Positions 5,908 through 6,044 of a stretch of 6,044 nucleotides of DNA are shown here, one piece after another. The stretch is from Octopus sinensis (Eukaryota): assembly GCF_006345805.1 (NCBI RefSeq), contig NW_021829812.1:1-6044 (forward strand). Direction: 5' to 3'. The notes under the pieces were generated by a model. The model was not told the origin of the DNA and did no database searches. It worked only from the letters and a program-made list of their open reading frames with translations. The position numbers and the translations under genes are program-made. Position 1 is the first letter of the stretch; every line of letters starts with the position of its first letter.

Positions 5908-6044
5908 GCCGACATTCAAAGCCAACCGATTTTTTAATGGCCACAAGAGAGCCATGAACGCCCCGAATTCCCATTTCCGTCTTCGTCGGCAACAGAATGT
6001 TCTTATTGTGTGTTGTAAGAAGGGTCGTTAAAAAACAGGAAAAT

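Overview
Eukaryotic, repeat-saturated intergenic or intronic DNA with no supportable host protein-coding exon. The SINE families and very long compound TA/TACA/GT microsatellites look like those of an octopod cephalopod (Octopus-like); this is recognition from memory, not a database check. Contents in order: a minus-strand type I hammerhead-ribozyme-like motif (162-224); a reversed tRNA-derived CORE-like SINE (~462-794); a duplicated piece of the neighbouring LINE (825-999) with a patchwork 5' junction; a perfect (AT)44; a 5'-truncated, decayed CR1-group LINE running from the RT YxDD motif to its 3' tail (1108-2132); two copies of a second reversed tRNA-derived SINE (2575-2732, 4013-4170); a lone Tc1/mariner-like TIR (2751-2784); a microsatellite-flanked ~190-bp cassette with a second hammerhead-like motif (3664-3854); a 423-bp G/T-only array; a third, degenerate hammerhead-like motif (4883-4929); and a SINE-like 3' end sharing its tail with the LINE (~5056-5242). 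Roughly 30% of the window is simple repeat, and all long YI/CV/HT-rich ORFs in the track are microsatellite artefacts. The most interesting signals are the three unrelated Penelope/retrozyme-type hammerhead motifs, the shared LINE/SINE tail, and the post-inactivation, microhomology-joined LINE duplication.
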